This document shows positions 28,691 through 38,476 of a stretch of 64,000 nucleotides of DNA, piece after piece (position 1 is the first letter of the stretch; every line of letters starts with the position of its first letter). Both the position numbers and the translations under genes were made by a program. Source of the stretch: an uncultured Actinomycetes bacterium (GTDB taxonomy: Bacteria > Actinomycetota > UBA4738 > JACQTL01); assembly GCA_963707645.1 (NCBI GenBank), contig CAVPQW010000005.1, forward strand, positions 299,309-363,308, written 5' to 3'. The notes beneath the pieces are model-generated. The model saw only the letters and a program-made list of their open reading frames with translations. It did not search any database and was not told the DNA's origin.

Positions 28691-28867
28691 TCGGATCGGG
28701 ATCCGCCCCTGCGGCCCGGGGAGGGGTTCCTCGGCGGGCTCGCCGGCGGCGAGACGCAGACGCAGGGCGTCCGCGCGCTCGGCGAGTGGCTCGGTCGGAA
28801 CTTGCCCCAGGGCTGAACACGTCCGCCTGCCGGGACCGGACCGGGCCCGCCCGTAGAATCCCGGCCC

Positions 28868-29813
28868 ATGCGAGCGCTGGTGACCGGGGCGGCGGGGTTC
28901 ATCGGGTCGCGACTCGCGGCCCGGCTCCTCGACGAGGGGCACGAGGTCATCGGCGTCGACGCGTTCACGCCGTACTACGACCCGTCCGACAAGCGCGCGA
29001 ATATCGACGCGCTGCTGCAGCGCGCCGGGCACACCTTCGCCGAGGCCGACCTCCGCGAGGCCGACCTGGCGCCGTTCGTCGAGGTCGACGCGGTATTCCA
29101 TCTGGCGGCCCAGCCGGGCGTCCGCACCTCCTGGGGCGCGTCGTTCGCCGACTACGTGGAGCACAACGTGCTGGCAACGCAGCGACTGCTCGAGGCCTGT
29201 CGCGCCGCCTCGACGCCGCCCCGGGTCGTCTTGGCGTCATCGTCGTCGGTCTACGGCGAGGCGGAACGGCACCCGACGCCGGAGAACCTCACCCCCCGCC
29301 CGGTGTCGCCCTACGGCGTGACCAAGCTCGCCGCCGAGGCCCTCCTGACTGCGTACGCGGCCAACTTCGGGCTCTCGGGTGTCGTGCTCCGGTACTTCAC
29401 GGTCTACGGCCCCGCCCAGCGGCCGGACATGGCGTTCCATAAGTTCATCCGGGCGGCGCTCACCGGCGAGGGCGATCGAGGTCTACGGCGACGGAGAGCA
29501 GACCCGGGACGTGACGTTCGTGGACGACGCGGTCGATGCGACGATCGCCGCCGCCGGGACCGCCGAGGCCACCGGCGCGATCAACGTGGGGGGCGGGTCC
29601 CAGGTGGCGCTCAACGAGGTGCTCGAGGCCATCGGGCGCATCACCGGCCGCGAGCTCCGCATCGAACGCCGCGACAACGCCCCGGGCGACGTCCGGCACA
29701 CGTCGGCGGAGCTGACCCGGGCGCGCACCCTGCTCGGATACGACCCCCAGGTCGGGCTGGAGGAGGGCCTCCGCCAGGAGGTCGACTGGCTCCGCGCGCG
29801 GCTCGGGCGATGA
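28868..29813 (+). CDS. NAD-dependent epimerase/dehydratase (SDR), one frame disruption near 29465
   Basis: Start of ORF 28868..31057 (MRALVTGAAGFIGSRLA...SSSSVYG...PYGVTKLAAE...RYFTVYGPAQRPDMAFHKFI) continues in ORF 29379..29813 (IEVYGDGEQTRDVTFVDD...). Confidence 0.8.
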
Positions 29814-30980
29814 CGCGGGCCGGCGCCCGCCGGGCCCGTCAGGATCGCGTTCCTCATCAACTCCCTGGGGACCGGCGGCGCCGAGCGCCAGCTGGCGCTG
29901 ACGGTCGCCGAGATCGACCGGGAACGGTTCGAGCCGGTCGTCGTCACGCTGTTCCACGCGGGGGCGTTCCGGGAGGCGGTCGAACGGGCCGGGGTCGCCG
30001 TCCACGACCTCGGCCTCCCGAAGTCGCTCCGGCCGGCGATCAGGGGCGCCCGGGACGCGCTCGGGTCGATGCGGCCGGCGATCGTGCACACGGCGATGTT
30101 CGAGGCGAACGTCGCCGGCCGGCTCGCCGGCCGGCGACTCGGGATCCCGGTCGTGAGCCACGCGACGAACACCTACGACGCGCGTCTCCGCGAAGCGGAG
30201 ACGCGCGTCCCCGCCTGGAAGCAGCGGGCCGCGCGGCGCCTCGAGCGGTGGACCGCTCGGCGGTCGAACGCGCGAATCGTCGCCGTCGGCGACGAGGTCG
30301 CCCGTTCGACCGCCCGCTACCTCGGCGTCCCGCTGGAGCGCGTGGCGGTGGTCCGGCGGGGATTCCGCTTCGACGAGCTGGATGCCGCGGCGAGGGAGCC
30401 GCTCGAGGCCCCGGCATGGCCGGAGGGCGCCGCGCCCCGGCTGCTCGCGGTGGGCCGGCTGGCGCCGCAGAAAGGCCTCCGGTACCTGATCGAGGCCATG
30501 CCCGCGGACCCTGCGAACGCCACCCGGCAGCCCACCTGGTCGTGGCGGGGACCGGACCGCTCGAGGCCGAGCTCCGCGACCTCGCGGCCGTCCGCGGCGT
30601 TGCGGACCACGTCACCCTGGCCGGCGTCCGCCGGGACGTTCCCGCGCTCCTCGCCGCCGGGGACGCGTTCGTCCTGCCCTCGCTGTGGGAGGGCGCGGCC
30701 GGCGCGCTCGTCGAGGCCATGGGCCTCGGCGTCCCGGTCGCCGTCACGGACGACCCGGCCCTGCGGGAGGTGGCCGGGGACGCCGCCGCGTACTTCCCGC
30801 CGCAGGACCCCGCCGCCGATCGCCGAGTCCGTGGCCGGGCTCGCGGCCGACCCCGACGCCGCCCGCCGCCGGGCGGCGGGAGCGGTCACGCGCGTCCGTT
30901 CGATGCACGACATCGCCGCGAACACCCGCCGCCTCGAGGCCGTCTACGACGAGGCGCTCGGTCGCGGAGCGGTCTCCTGA
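29810..30980 (+). CDS. glycosyltransferase family 4 (GT-B), at least three frame disruptions (about 29830, 30515, 30820)
   Basis: ATG 29810 overlaps the previous stop (ATGA). Coherent sequence is spread over two frames: RIAFLINSLGTGGAERQLA...; HLVVAGTGPLEAELRDLA...FVLPSLWEGAAGALVEAMGLGVPVAVTD; IAESVAGLAADPDAARRR... Confidence 0.7.
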
Positions 30981-31028
30981 CGACCGCGCGCGGCACGTTC
31001 AGCGGCGCGATGCCGGGCGAATTCGGCA

Positions 31029-31056
31029 GCCGAAAGTTTTGGCCCTTCGGTTGTTG
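31029..31056 (+). terminator. weak candidate intrinsic terminator after the GT4 gene
   Basis: GCCGAA (31029-31034) pairs with TTCGGT (31046-31051) and is followed by TGTTG. The same CCGAA can instead pair with the upstream TTCGG at 31022-31026. The stem is short and the loop is 11 nt. Confidence 0.25.
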
Positions 31057-31083
31057 ACCCTCCCGGAAATGCCTGCCTAGCAT
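31054..31083 (+). promoter_or_regulatory. sigma-70-like promoter for the nucleotide-sugar dehydrogenase gene
   Basis: TTGACC (31054-31059), an 18-nt spacer, then TAGCAT (31078-31083), 48 nt upstream of ATG 31132. Confidence 0.45.
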
Positions 31084-31131
31084 GGTGCGCTTTGCCACCG
31101 ACCGGGCGTCCGAGGGGATGGCGCTGAGCGC

Positions 31132-32454
31132 ATGACGCTGGAACTGGGCATCGATCCACTCAACGAGCTGGCCGAACGGATCCGCACGAAGCAGGCGCGG
31201 ATCGCGGTCGTCGGGCTCGGCTACGTCGGGCTGCCCCTCCTCGTCTCGGTGGCGAACGCCGGCTTCCGGACGATCGGGCTCGACGCGGACCCCGAGAAGG
31301 TCGGGCTCCTCGCGGAGGGGCGTTCCTACATCGTCGACGTCACCGACTACGACGTCGCCAGCGTCGAGCGGGGGCGCTTCTCGACCGATCCCGCGCTCCT
31401 CGACGATGCCGACGTCGTCATCATCTGCGTCCCGACGCCGCTCACCGACCACGCGCCGGACCTGTCGCTCGTCCGCCGAGCCGCCGAGGACGTCGGCAAG
31501 CACCTGGCGAGCCGGGGCGGCTGGTCGTCCTCGAGTCGACGACCTACCCCGGCACCACCGAGGAGATCCTCCGCCCCTCGCTCGAGGCGCACTCGGGACT
31601 CGAGGCCGGGCGCGACTTCGCCCTCGGCTACTCGCCGGAGCGCATCGACCCGGGGCAGCGCTCGCACCGCCTCGAGAACACGCCGAAGATCGTCGCCGGC
31701 CTCACCGACCGGTGCCGGGATCTCACGGCGTCGTTCTACGCGCACTTCGTCCGGGACGTCGTGACCACGGCGTCGCCCCGCGAGGCCGAGATGGCCAAGC
31801 TCGTGGAGAACACGTTCCGCCAGGTGAACATCGCCCTCGTGAACGAGCTCGCGATCATGGCCCGCGAGATGGGCGTCGACATCTGGGAGGCGCTCCAGGC
31901 CGCGTCGACGAAGCCGTTCGGCTACATGCCGTTCTGGCCGGGGCCGGGCGTCGGCGGCCACTGCATCTCGATCGACCCGTCCTACCTGTCGTGGCGCGCC
32001 GGCCAGCAGCTCGGCTACCGGATCGGGTTCATCGAGCACGCGAACGAGGTGAACAACCGGATGCCCGAGTACGTGGTCTCGCGGATCGGCGAGGCGCTCA
32101 ACGAGGCCGGCAAGCCGCTCAAGGGGTCACGGGTCTTCTGCATCGGCGTCGCGTACAAGCCCGGGGTCGACGACCTCCGGGAGTCGCCGGCGCTCGAGGT
32201 GCTCGACCGGCTGGCCCGGCGCGGCGCCACGGTGAGCTACCACGACCCCCTCGTGGCGCACGTGGAGCTTCGGGAATTACAGCTCGACTCACGGCGCGCT
32301 CACGGAGGAGGTCCTGGAGGACCAGGACTGCGTGGTCGTCCTCACCGCCCACCCGGGGCTCGACGTCCGCATGGTCGTCAGGTGCGCGGCGCTCGTGTTC
32401 GACGCCCGGGGGGTCACCGCCGGCATGGACGCGCCGAACGTCGTCCGCCTGTAG
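31132..32454 (+). CDS. nucleotide-sugar (UDP-glucose/GDP-mannose family) dehydrogenase, two frame disruptions (about 31510, 32280)
   Basis: ORF 31132..31764 starts ...RIAVVGLGYVGLPLLV (Rossmann fold). It continues in the frame of ORF 31761..32564 (LESTTYPGTT...EMAKLVENTFRQVNIALVNE...GPGVGGHCISIDP...GVAYKPGVDDLRESPA). The last 55 aa (...VVLTAHPGLD...APNVVRL) lie in a third frame ending at 32454. Confidence 0.8.
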
Positions 32455-32487
32455 CCGCGGAACCCCCGCCGCAAACACCTGTTGGTC

Positions 32488-32830
32488 GGCGACGATCGCA
32501 ACGTCCCTTGGAGGAGCACGGACCTTCGTGCGCTCTCCTCCAGCGTCGTGTCGCCGATCGATGACAGGCACGAACAGTCGACGAACGACGACATCTTCGT
32601 GGGGAAGGACCGCTGCCTGGGCGGCTGAGCAGCGATTTCGTATGTACCACGACGGATCTGACAGGCTGGATGTCGAGGAGCGGTGACTTCCCCCGAAGGT
32701 CGACGATCGACGACATGGGCCTGGGAAGAGCCAGCCGTCATCACCGCCAAGGGATCCATCGCCCCCCCGGGGACATTCGAGGCAAAGAGCCCAGCCACCT
32801 GGGCGGACGTGCGAGGGGCCGAGCTTCGAA
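32488..32830 (+). repeat. copy C of the three-copy element (core 32536-32736), with truncated XRE-start relic and weak wzt-3'-like relic
   Basis: The core aligns with copies A and B, sharing GTCGCCGATCG, GCTGAGCAGCGATT, TCTGACA, ATGTCGAGGAGCGGTGAC and GACATGGGCCTGGGA. The reverse complement of 32490-32509 matches 18 of 20 nt of XRE codons 7-13. Confidence 0.75.
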
Positions 32831-32928
32831 ACGGCATTGAAAGTCGGACGCCTGAGCCGAGCCCGTTCGTCCCGCCCGATGCGACCCTCCGAGGCCGGTT
32901 CGGGACCGTCCGATATCCTCAAGCCCCG

Positions 32929-33857
32929 ATGGCACCCGACGTCTCCGTCGTCATCCCCACGAAGAACCGGCCCCAGCTGATCGGCCGGGCCGTGGCCAGC
33001 GCGCTGTCCCAGGAGGGGCCGAGCGTGGAGGTCGTGCTCGTCGACGACGGCTCCGACCCGGACGCGGCGGCCGCCATCGCGGAGGTCGGGCGGTCCGATC
33101 CCCGCATCCGGCACGTCCGCAACGAGGAGTCGATCGGGAACCCGGCCTCGCGCAACCGGGGGTTCGAGGAGGCCACCGGCGACCTGTGGTGCACGCTCGA
33201 CGACGACGACGAGTTCACGCCCGGCCGGCTCCGCGCGCAGGTCGAGGCCGTCCGCGCGACCGCCGCCGACGACGTCATCGGCATCGCCGGGGTCGAGCTC
33301 CGGTGGACCGATCGCGACCCGCTCGTGCAGCTCCCGCAGATCGGGGCCGACCCCGTCCGGCTCGACACCGACGCGACCCGTTCGCGCGGCTCGCGCCGCG
33401 GCTGTTCCTGAACACCTACCTCGTGCCGGCCGCGCTCATGCGGAAGGTCGACGGCTACGACCCCATCCTGCGGTGGGGCGAGCACACGGACCTGTACCTC
33501 CGCCTGCAGAAGGTTGCGCGGTTCGTGGGCGTGCCCATGGTCGGAACGGTCGTCCACCGCGACGCCGCGCCCGGCCTGGCCCGACAGGCCTGGGACCGCA
33601 AGGTCATCGGCGTGTCGCGGATCCTCGAGAAGCACGCCGACGTGTTCGAACGGAGCCCGCACCTTCGGGCGGTGTGGCTCGACGGACTCGGCATGGCCTA
33701 CCTCCGCACGGGCCGGCGCGCCGAGGCCCGGCGAACGTTCCGCGAGGCCCTCAGGGCGAACCCCCGCCGGGCGCGGATCCTCCGGCACCTGGTGGCGGCG
33801 ACCACCCACACGGAGACGATCCTGTGCCGGGGCAAGGCCGAGCGGGTGCCCGCGTGA
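32929..33857 (+). CDS. glycosyltransferase family 2, one frame disruption near 33375
   Basis: In ORF 32683..33411, from ATG 32929: MAPDVSVVIPTKNRPQLIGRAVASALSQ...VVLVDDGSDPD...LDDDDEFTPGRL. It continues in the frame of ORF 33186..33857 (LFLNTYLVPAALMRKVDGYD...). Confidence 0.75.
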
Positions 33858-33873
33858 CCCGGAGGCCCGCCCG

Positions 33874-35488
33874 ATGAACCGAGGCGGCGTGCTGGTCGTC
33901 GGCATCGACGGCGGGACGTGGGACGTGTTCCGCCCGCTCGCCGAGCGGGGCCTCATGCCGAACATGGGCCGCGTGCTCGACGAGGGCGCGCACGGCGAGC
34001 TCACGAGCGTCGTCCCCTGGTACACGATCCCCGGCTGGACCAGCCTGATGACCGGGGCGAACCCCGGCCGCCACGGCCTGCTTGCACTGGGTGCGGACCG
34101 AGGCCGCCGACTACTGGGAGAGCCGCCGGGCGGGGCGCCGGTTCACCCTCAGCACCGACATGGGCCTGCCGACGTTCTGGGACGTGGCCGGCGCCGCGGG
34201 CAAGCAGGTGGCCGTCGTCAACATGCCGCTCACGTTCCCAGCCTGGCCGGTGAACGGCGTCATGGTCACCGGCCTGCTGACCCCGGCGGGCGACGTCGGC
34301 GGCCAGTCGCACCCGGAAGGGTTCCTCGGCGACTACCCCGAGTACCGCGTCGACCTCCGCCACGCCAAGGGCCGGGAGGCCGAAGGCAGCCTGCCGCCGC
34401 TCCAGCAGCTCCTGCGGGAGATGGTCGAGGTCACCGAGAGCCGGCGCCGCCTGATGTCCGACCTCACCGCCGGCGACCGGGACCTCATGGTGGCCGTGTT
34501 CGTCGGCATGGACCGGGTCTCGCACCGCGTGTGGCCGGAGCAGGAACGCCTCCTCGCGGGCGACGAGTCCGGGGAGCTGGAGCGCCTGCTCGGCGAGTAC
34601 TACCGGTCGCTCGACTCGGTGATCGGCTCGCTCATCGAGGCCGCGGGGCCGGACGCCACCACGCTGTTCGTGTCCGACCACGGCTTCGGGCGGGGCCCGG
34701 ACCGGAAGTTCCGGGCCAACGCCTGGCTGCGCGACGCCGGCTACCTGGCGCTCCGGGGCGGGCGGGTGCAGCAGGCCGCGCATTCGCGCGGCCGGCTGAA
34801 GAAGGTCGGGAGCCGGGCGCTCAAGGCCTACCGCCGGCGTGCCCGGCGTCCCGCCGAGCACGTCGGCGTCAACCTCGCCGCCACGCAGGCGTACGCGGTG
34901 CAGTTCTCCTGGTGTCCCGTGTTCGGGATCGCCGTCAACGAGCGCGGCGTCAAGCGCGAGGGCTCGGTCGACCCGGCCGAGATCCCGGCGCTGCTCGACC
35001 GGATGACCGAGGACCTCATGAAGATCGAGGACCCCGACGCGAGCGGTCCGGTGGTCCTCAGGGTGATGCGGCGCGAGGAGGTCGCCGACGGGCCGGAGCT
35101 CGCGCGGCTCCCCCATCTGTTCGTCGAGCTCGACCCCCGCTACTTCCCCGACGACGGCCTCCGCCGCAGGGACGTGTTCGAGCCGCTGCAGACGAGCTCG
35201 GGGCGGCACACGCGGGAGGGGCTGCTCGGGGCGTTCGGGGCACGGGTCAACCCGGCGTTCGACGGCGCGGCCCGCATCGAGGACGTGGCGCCGACGGTCC
35301 TGGCGCTGCTCGGCCTCGAGGCCACGCCGGACATGGACGGCAAGGTGCTCGGCGACCTGGTGACGACGACCGACCATCTGGAGGCGGCGCCCGAAGCGGC
35401 GGCGCCGACCGCCACGGCAGTCGAGCTGTCGGAGGACGACCAGGCCGCCATCGAGCGGCACCTCAGGGATCTCGGGTACGAGGAGTAG
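33874..35488 (+). CDS. alkaline phosphatase superfamily protein (type I phosphodiesterase/nucleotide pyrophosphatase-like), one frame disruption near 34080
   Basis: From ATG 33874: MNRGGVLVVGIDGGTWDVF...VVPWYTIPGWTSLMTGANPGRHG. It continues in ORF 34082..35488 (...LFVSDHGFG...). Ends DDQAAIERHLRDLGYEE. Confidence 0.7.
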
Positions 35489-35494
35489 CCGGAC

Positions 35495-36469
35495 TCAGTC
35501 GCTCGGGCCCTGGCCGGACCCGTCGGTCGTGGGGGGAACGGAGGTCGCACCCGACGTCGCGCCGCTCGGGCCCGGCGAGGGCTCCGCCGCCTTCTCGACG
35601 ATCTTCACCGAGTTGATGTAGATCGCCTCCTTGGGCTGCTGCCCCTCGAGGCCGGCGCTCGGGTCCTGGATCGGCAGCTGCTGGATCTTCTGGGCCACGT
35701 CGAGACCCTCGGTGATCTTGCCGAACACCGTGTAGTTGTTGTTGTCGTCGAGCAGGTGGCCGTTCTTCCCGGTGATGATGAAGAACTGGCTCCCGCCGGT
35801 GTTCGCGCCGGCGTTCGCCATGGCGATCGTGCCCGGCGGGTACTTCTCCGACCCGCTCAGCTCGTCCGGGATCGAATACCCCGGCCCGGTCGTGCCGGTG
35901 CCCTGGGGGTCGCCGCCCTGCACGACGTCGATGCTCGTGTCCAGCCGGTGGAAGTACTGCCCGTCGAAGTACTGGTGGTCGGCAAGGAACACGAAGCTGT
36001 TCGAGGTGATGGGCGCGGAGACCGGGTTCAGCTCGAACTTGATCGTGCCGCACGAGGTGTCCATCACCGCGACGTAGGTCTTCTGCGGGTCGATGGTGAG
36101 CGGCGGCGGCCCGTCGAACTGGGGCTTCGGCTTGCCGGCCTGCGGCGGCGCCTTCGCGTCGCACGCGACCTGCTCCGGCGCCGGGTTCGGCGTGATGGTG
36201 CCGTTCTCCTTGCCCGTCCCGGGCGAGTAGGCCGGCGTGGGCGACGGCCCGGTGGTCGGCCCGGTCGTCGGCGTCTTGTCCGCCGAGGGCTTCTTGTCGC
36301 CCCCGGTGAGCAGGAACACGGCCCCCATGCCGACCGCCAGCACGGCGACGCCGATGACGGTGCCGGTGAGGATGCGCCGCCGCTTCTGCCGGCGGCGCTC
36401 CGCCTGACGGCGGGCCGCGAGCTTCGCGAGCTGTCGTTGTCGGGTCTTGCTCTTGGACATCGGCGGCAC
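35495..36469 (-). CDS. membrane-anchored cyclophilin-type peptidyl-prolyl isomerase
   Basis: ORF 35495..36469: basic N-terminus plus a TM segment, then FHRLDTSIDVVQGGDPQGTGTTGPGYSIPDE...GTIAMANAGANTGGSQFFI. Confidence 0.85.
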   Translation of the reverse strand: MPPMSKSKTRQRQLAKLAARRQAERRRQKRRRILTGTVIGVAVLAVGMGAVFLLTGGDKKPSADKTPTTGPTTGPSPTPAYSPGTGKENGTITPNPAPEQVACDAKAPPQAGKPKPQFDGPPPLTIDPQKTYVAVMDTSCGTIKFELNPVSAPITSNSFVFLADHQYFDGQYFHRLDTSIDVVQGGDPQGTGTTGPGYSIPDELSGSEKYPPGTIAMANAGANTGGSQFFIITGKNGHLLDDNNNYTVFGKITEGLDVAQKIQQLPIQDPSAGLEGQQPKEAIYINSVKIVEKAAEPSPGPSGATSGATSVPPTTDGSGQGPSD

Positions 36470-36526
36470 AGGTTACCGAACGGCGTCCGGTTTGGCCGGG
36501 TTCGACGGTTCACGTTCAGAGGGTTC

Positions 36527-37931
36527 TTACCCTGGCTCGAACAGCGAGCGCGCCAGCCCGTCGAGGATGTCCGTCTCGGAGACAACGGCCACCTCGAAGC
36601 CGAACGCGCGCATGGCCCGCGCGAGGATCATGGCGCCCGCGACGATCACGTCGGCCCGGCCGGGGACCATGAACGGCAGCGCGGCCCGTTCGGCGATGGT
36701 CATCTCGGCGAGCCGTTCGAGGACGCCTTCGGCGGCATCGACGGTCAGGGAGGACCCGGTGGACGCGGTCGGGGTCGTAGCCGTCGAGGCCCAGCGCCAT
36801 GGCCTGCACCGTGGTCGCCGTGCCGGCCACCGCCACCAACGTCCGGGCCTCCCCGACGGGCACCGACGCCGGCACGGTCGCCAGCACCGCGTCGACCTCC
36901 GCGCGCAGGCGCGCCATGTCGTCCGGTGTCGGCGGGTCGGCCGGGCGGACGCGTTCGGTCATCCGCACGCTTCCCATCTGGGCGGAGACGGCGGCCCGCG
37001 GCGCGTCGTCGCCGAGGACGAACTCGGTGGAACCGCCGCCGATGTCCACGACCAGGAACGGCTTCGGGCGGTCCAGGCCGTGCGTCGCCCCGACGAACGA
37101 GAGCCCGGCCTCGTCCTCGCCGGACAGCACCTCCATCGGCGCGCCGGTCGCTTCCAGCATGCCCCGGGCCAGCTCGTCCCGGTTGTCCGCGTCGCGCACG
37201 GCGCTTGTCGCCCCCACCCGAACGCGCTGCGCCCCAAGGGCCTTCGCCTTCCGCCCGTACCCGACGAGGACCTCGAGCGTCCGCTCCAGCGACTCGTCGG
37301 CGATGCGGCCGTGTTCGTCCACGCCCCGCCCGAGACGGGTGATCATGGTGTCGCGAGCCACGTCGGCGAGGGCGCCGTCCTCGATCGGCTGCGCGACGAG
37401 CATCCGGACGGTGTTCGTCCCGATGTCGAACACCGCCACGCGGCCATCGCGCGGCTCGTCCGGGTGGACCGGGTCGAGGCGCTCGGCGACCATCCGGCCG
37501 ATCGGGTCGTCCCCGCCCGCCAGGTGGTTGGCGAAGTGGGCGTGAAGGCACTTCACCCCGATGCGGGTCCCGCCGACGCCGCCCCAGCCGGCGGCGGCCT
37601 CGTGGAACCGCGCCCGCTCCCGCGCGTACGACGCGTGGGCCCGCTCGACCGCCGCCCGGAACTCCTCGTCGTGGTCGAACCGTTCGTTGAGCCGGGTGAT
37701 CTCGCCCGTCGACTCGATCCGGCTGACGGCCTTCACCGCCTCCGGGCACGTCAGCCAGTACAGCGTGGGGAACGGGTCCCCGTTCGGGTCGACCGGGTGG
37801 TTCCGGATGACGATCGGGTGCGACCCGCCGCCGGACTCCACACAGCGCGCGGCGACCTCGAAGCGCGTGGTGGGTTCGCGGCCGAGCTGCGCCGCGACGG
37901 CGTCCCGGTCGGCGGCCGACAGGACGGTCAC
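36527..37931 (-). CDS. ppx: DUF501 domain fused in frame to Ppx/GppA exopolyphosphatase (as assembled), one frame disruption near 36755
   Basis: ORF 36516..37931: the DUF501 part (PTLYWLTCPEAVKAVSRIES...GVKCLHAHFANHLAGG) runs without a stop into the Ppx part (RVAVFDIGTNTVRMLVA...VVDIGGGSTEFV). The last 75 aa or so (MTIAERAALPFMVPGRADVIVAGAMIL...) lie in another frame ending at 36527. An internal GTG at about 37450 could start Ppx separately. Confidence 0.7.
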
Positions 37932-37941
37932 GCGAAGAGGG

Positions 37942-38319
37942 CTACCGTCGTTTGTGGTCCATCGATCGCCGGTACTCGACCTGACGCTCGTCGCTCGAGC
38001 GGAGGAACTTCTTCAGCTTCTGCTCGAACTCCGGATCGGACCCGCGGCGGCGCTCGATGCGCGGCTGGGGGTCCTGCAGGGCCTTGATCGAGAGATCGAT
38101 CTTGCCGTCGTCCTTGATGGTGATGACCTTTGCCTGGACGACGTCGTTCTCGCGAAGGTGGTCGTGGACGTCCCTCACGTAGTTGCGGTCGATCTCGGAG
38201 ATGTGGACCAGTCCGACCCGACCGCCTTCGAGCTGGAGGAACGCCCCATACGGGGTGATTCGCTGCACGGTCCCCTCCACGACCGCGCCGACCTCGAGAT
38301 CTGCGATGTCCGGTACCAA
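37942..38319 (-). CDS. S1 RNA-binding domain protein
   Basis: ORF 37942..38319 (TTG start): VGAVVEGTVQRITPYGAFLQLEGGRVGLVHISEI...VQAKVITIKDDGKIDLSIK. Confidence 0.85.
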   Translation of the reverse strand: MVPDIADLEVGAVVEGTVQRITPYGAFLQLEGGRVGLVHISEIDRNYVRDVHDHLRENDVVQAKVITIKDDGKIDLSIKALQDPQPRIERRRGSDPEFEQKLKKFLRSSDERQVEYRRSMDHKRR

Positions 38320-38476
38320 CCTTTCTGCTGCTCCGCAGGCAGTCCCGGACGCCCGTCGCGCCCGGATCCCGGCTGGGGAGGGTCATGTTCCCACCGGCTG
38401 GAAAACGCCGTCAATACGCAGTTTCGTAAGGGGGGCGAGTGGAAGCCGACCTCCACCGGGTCGCTCGCTGCCATTG

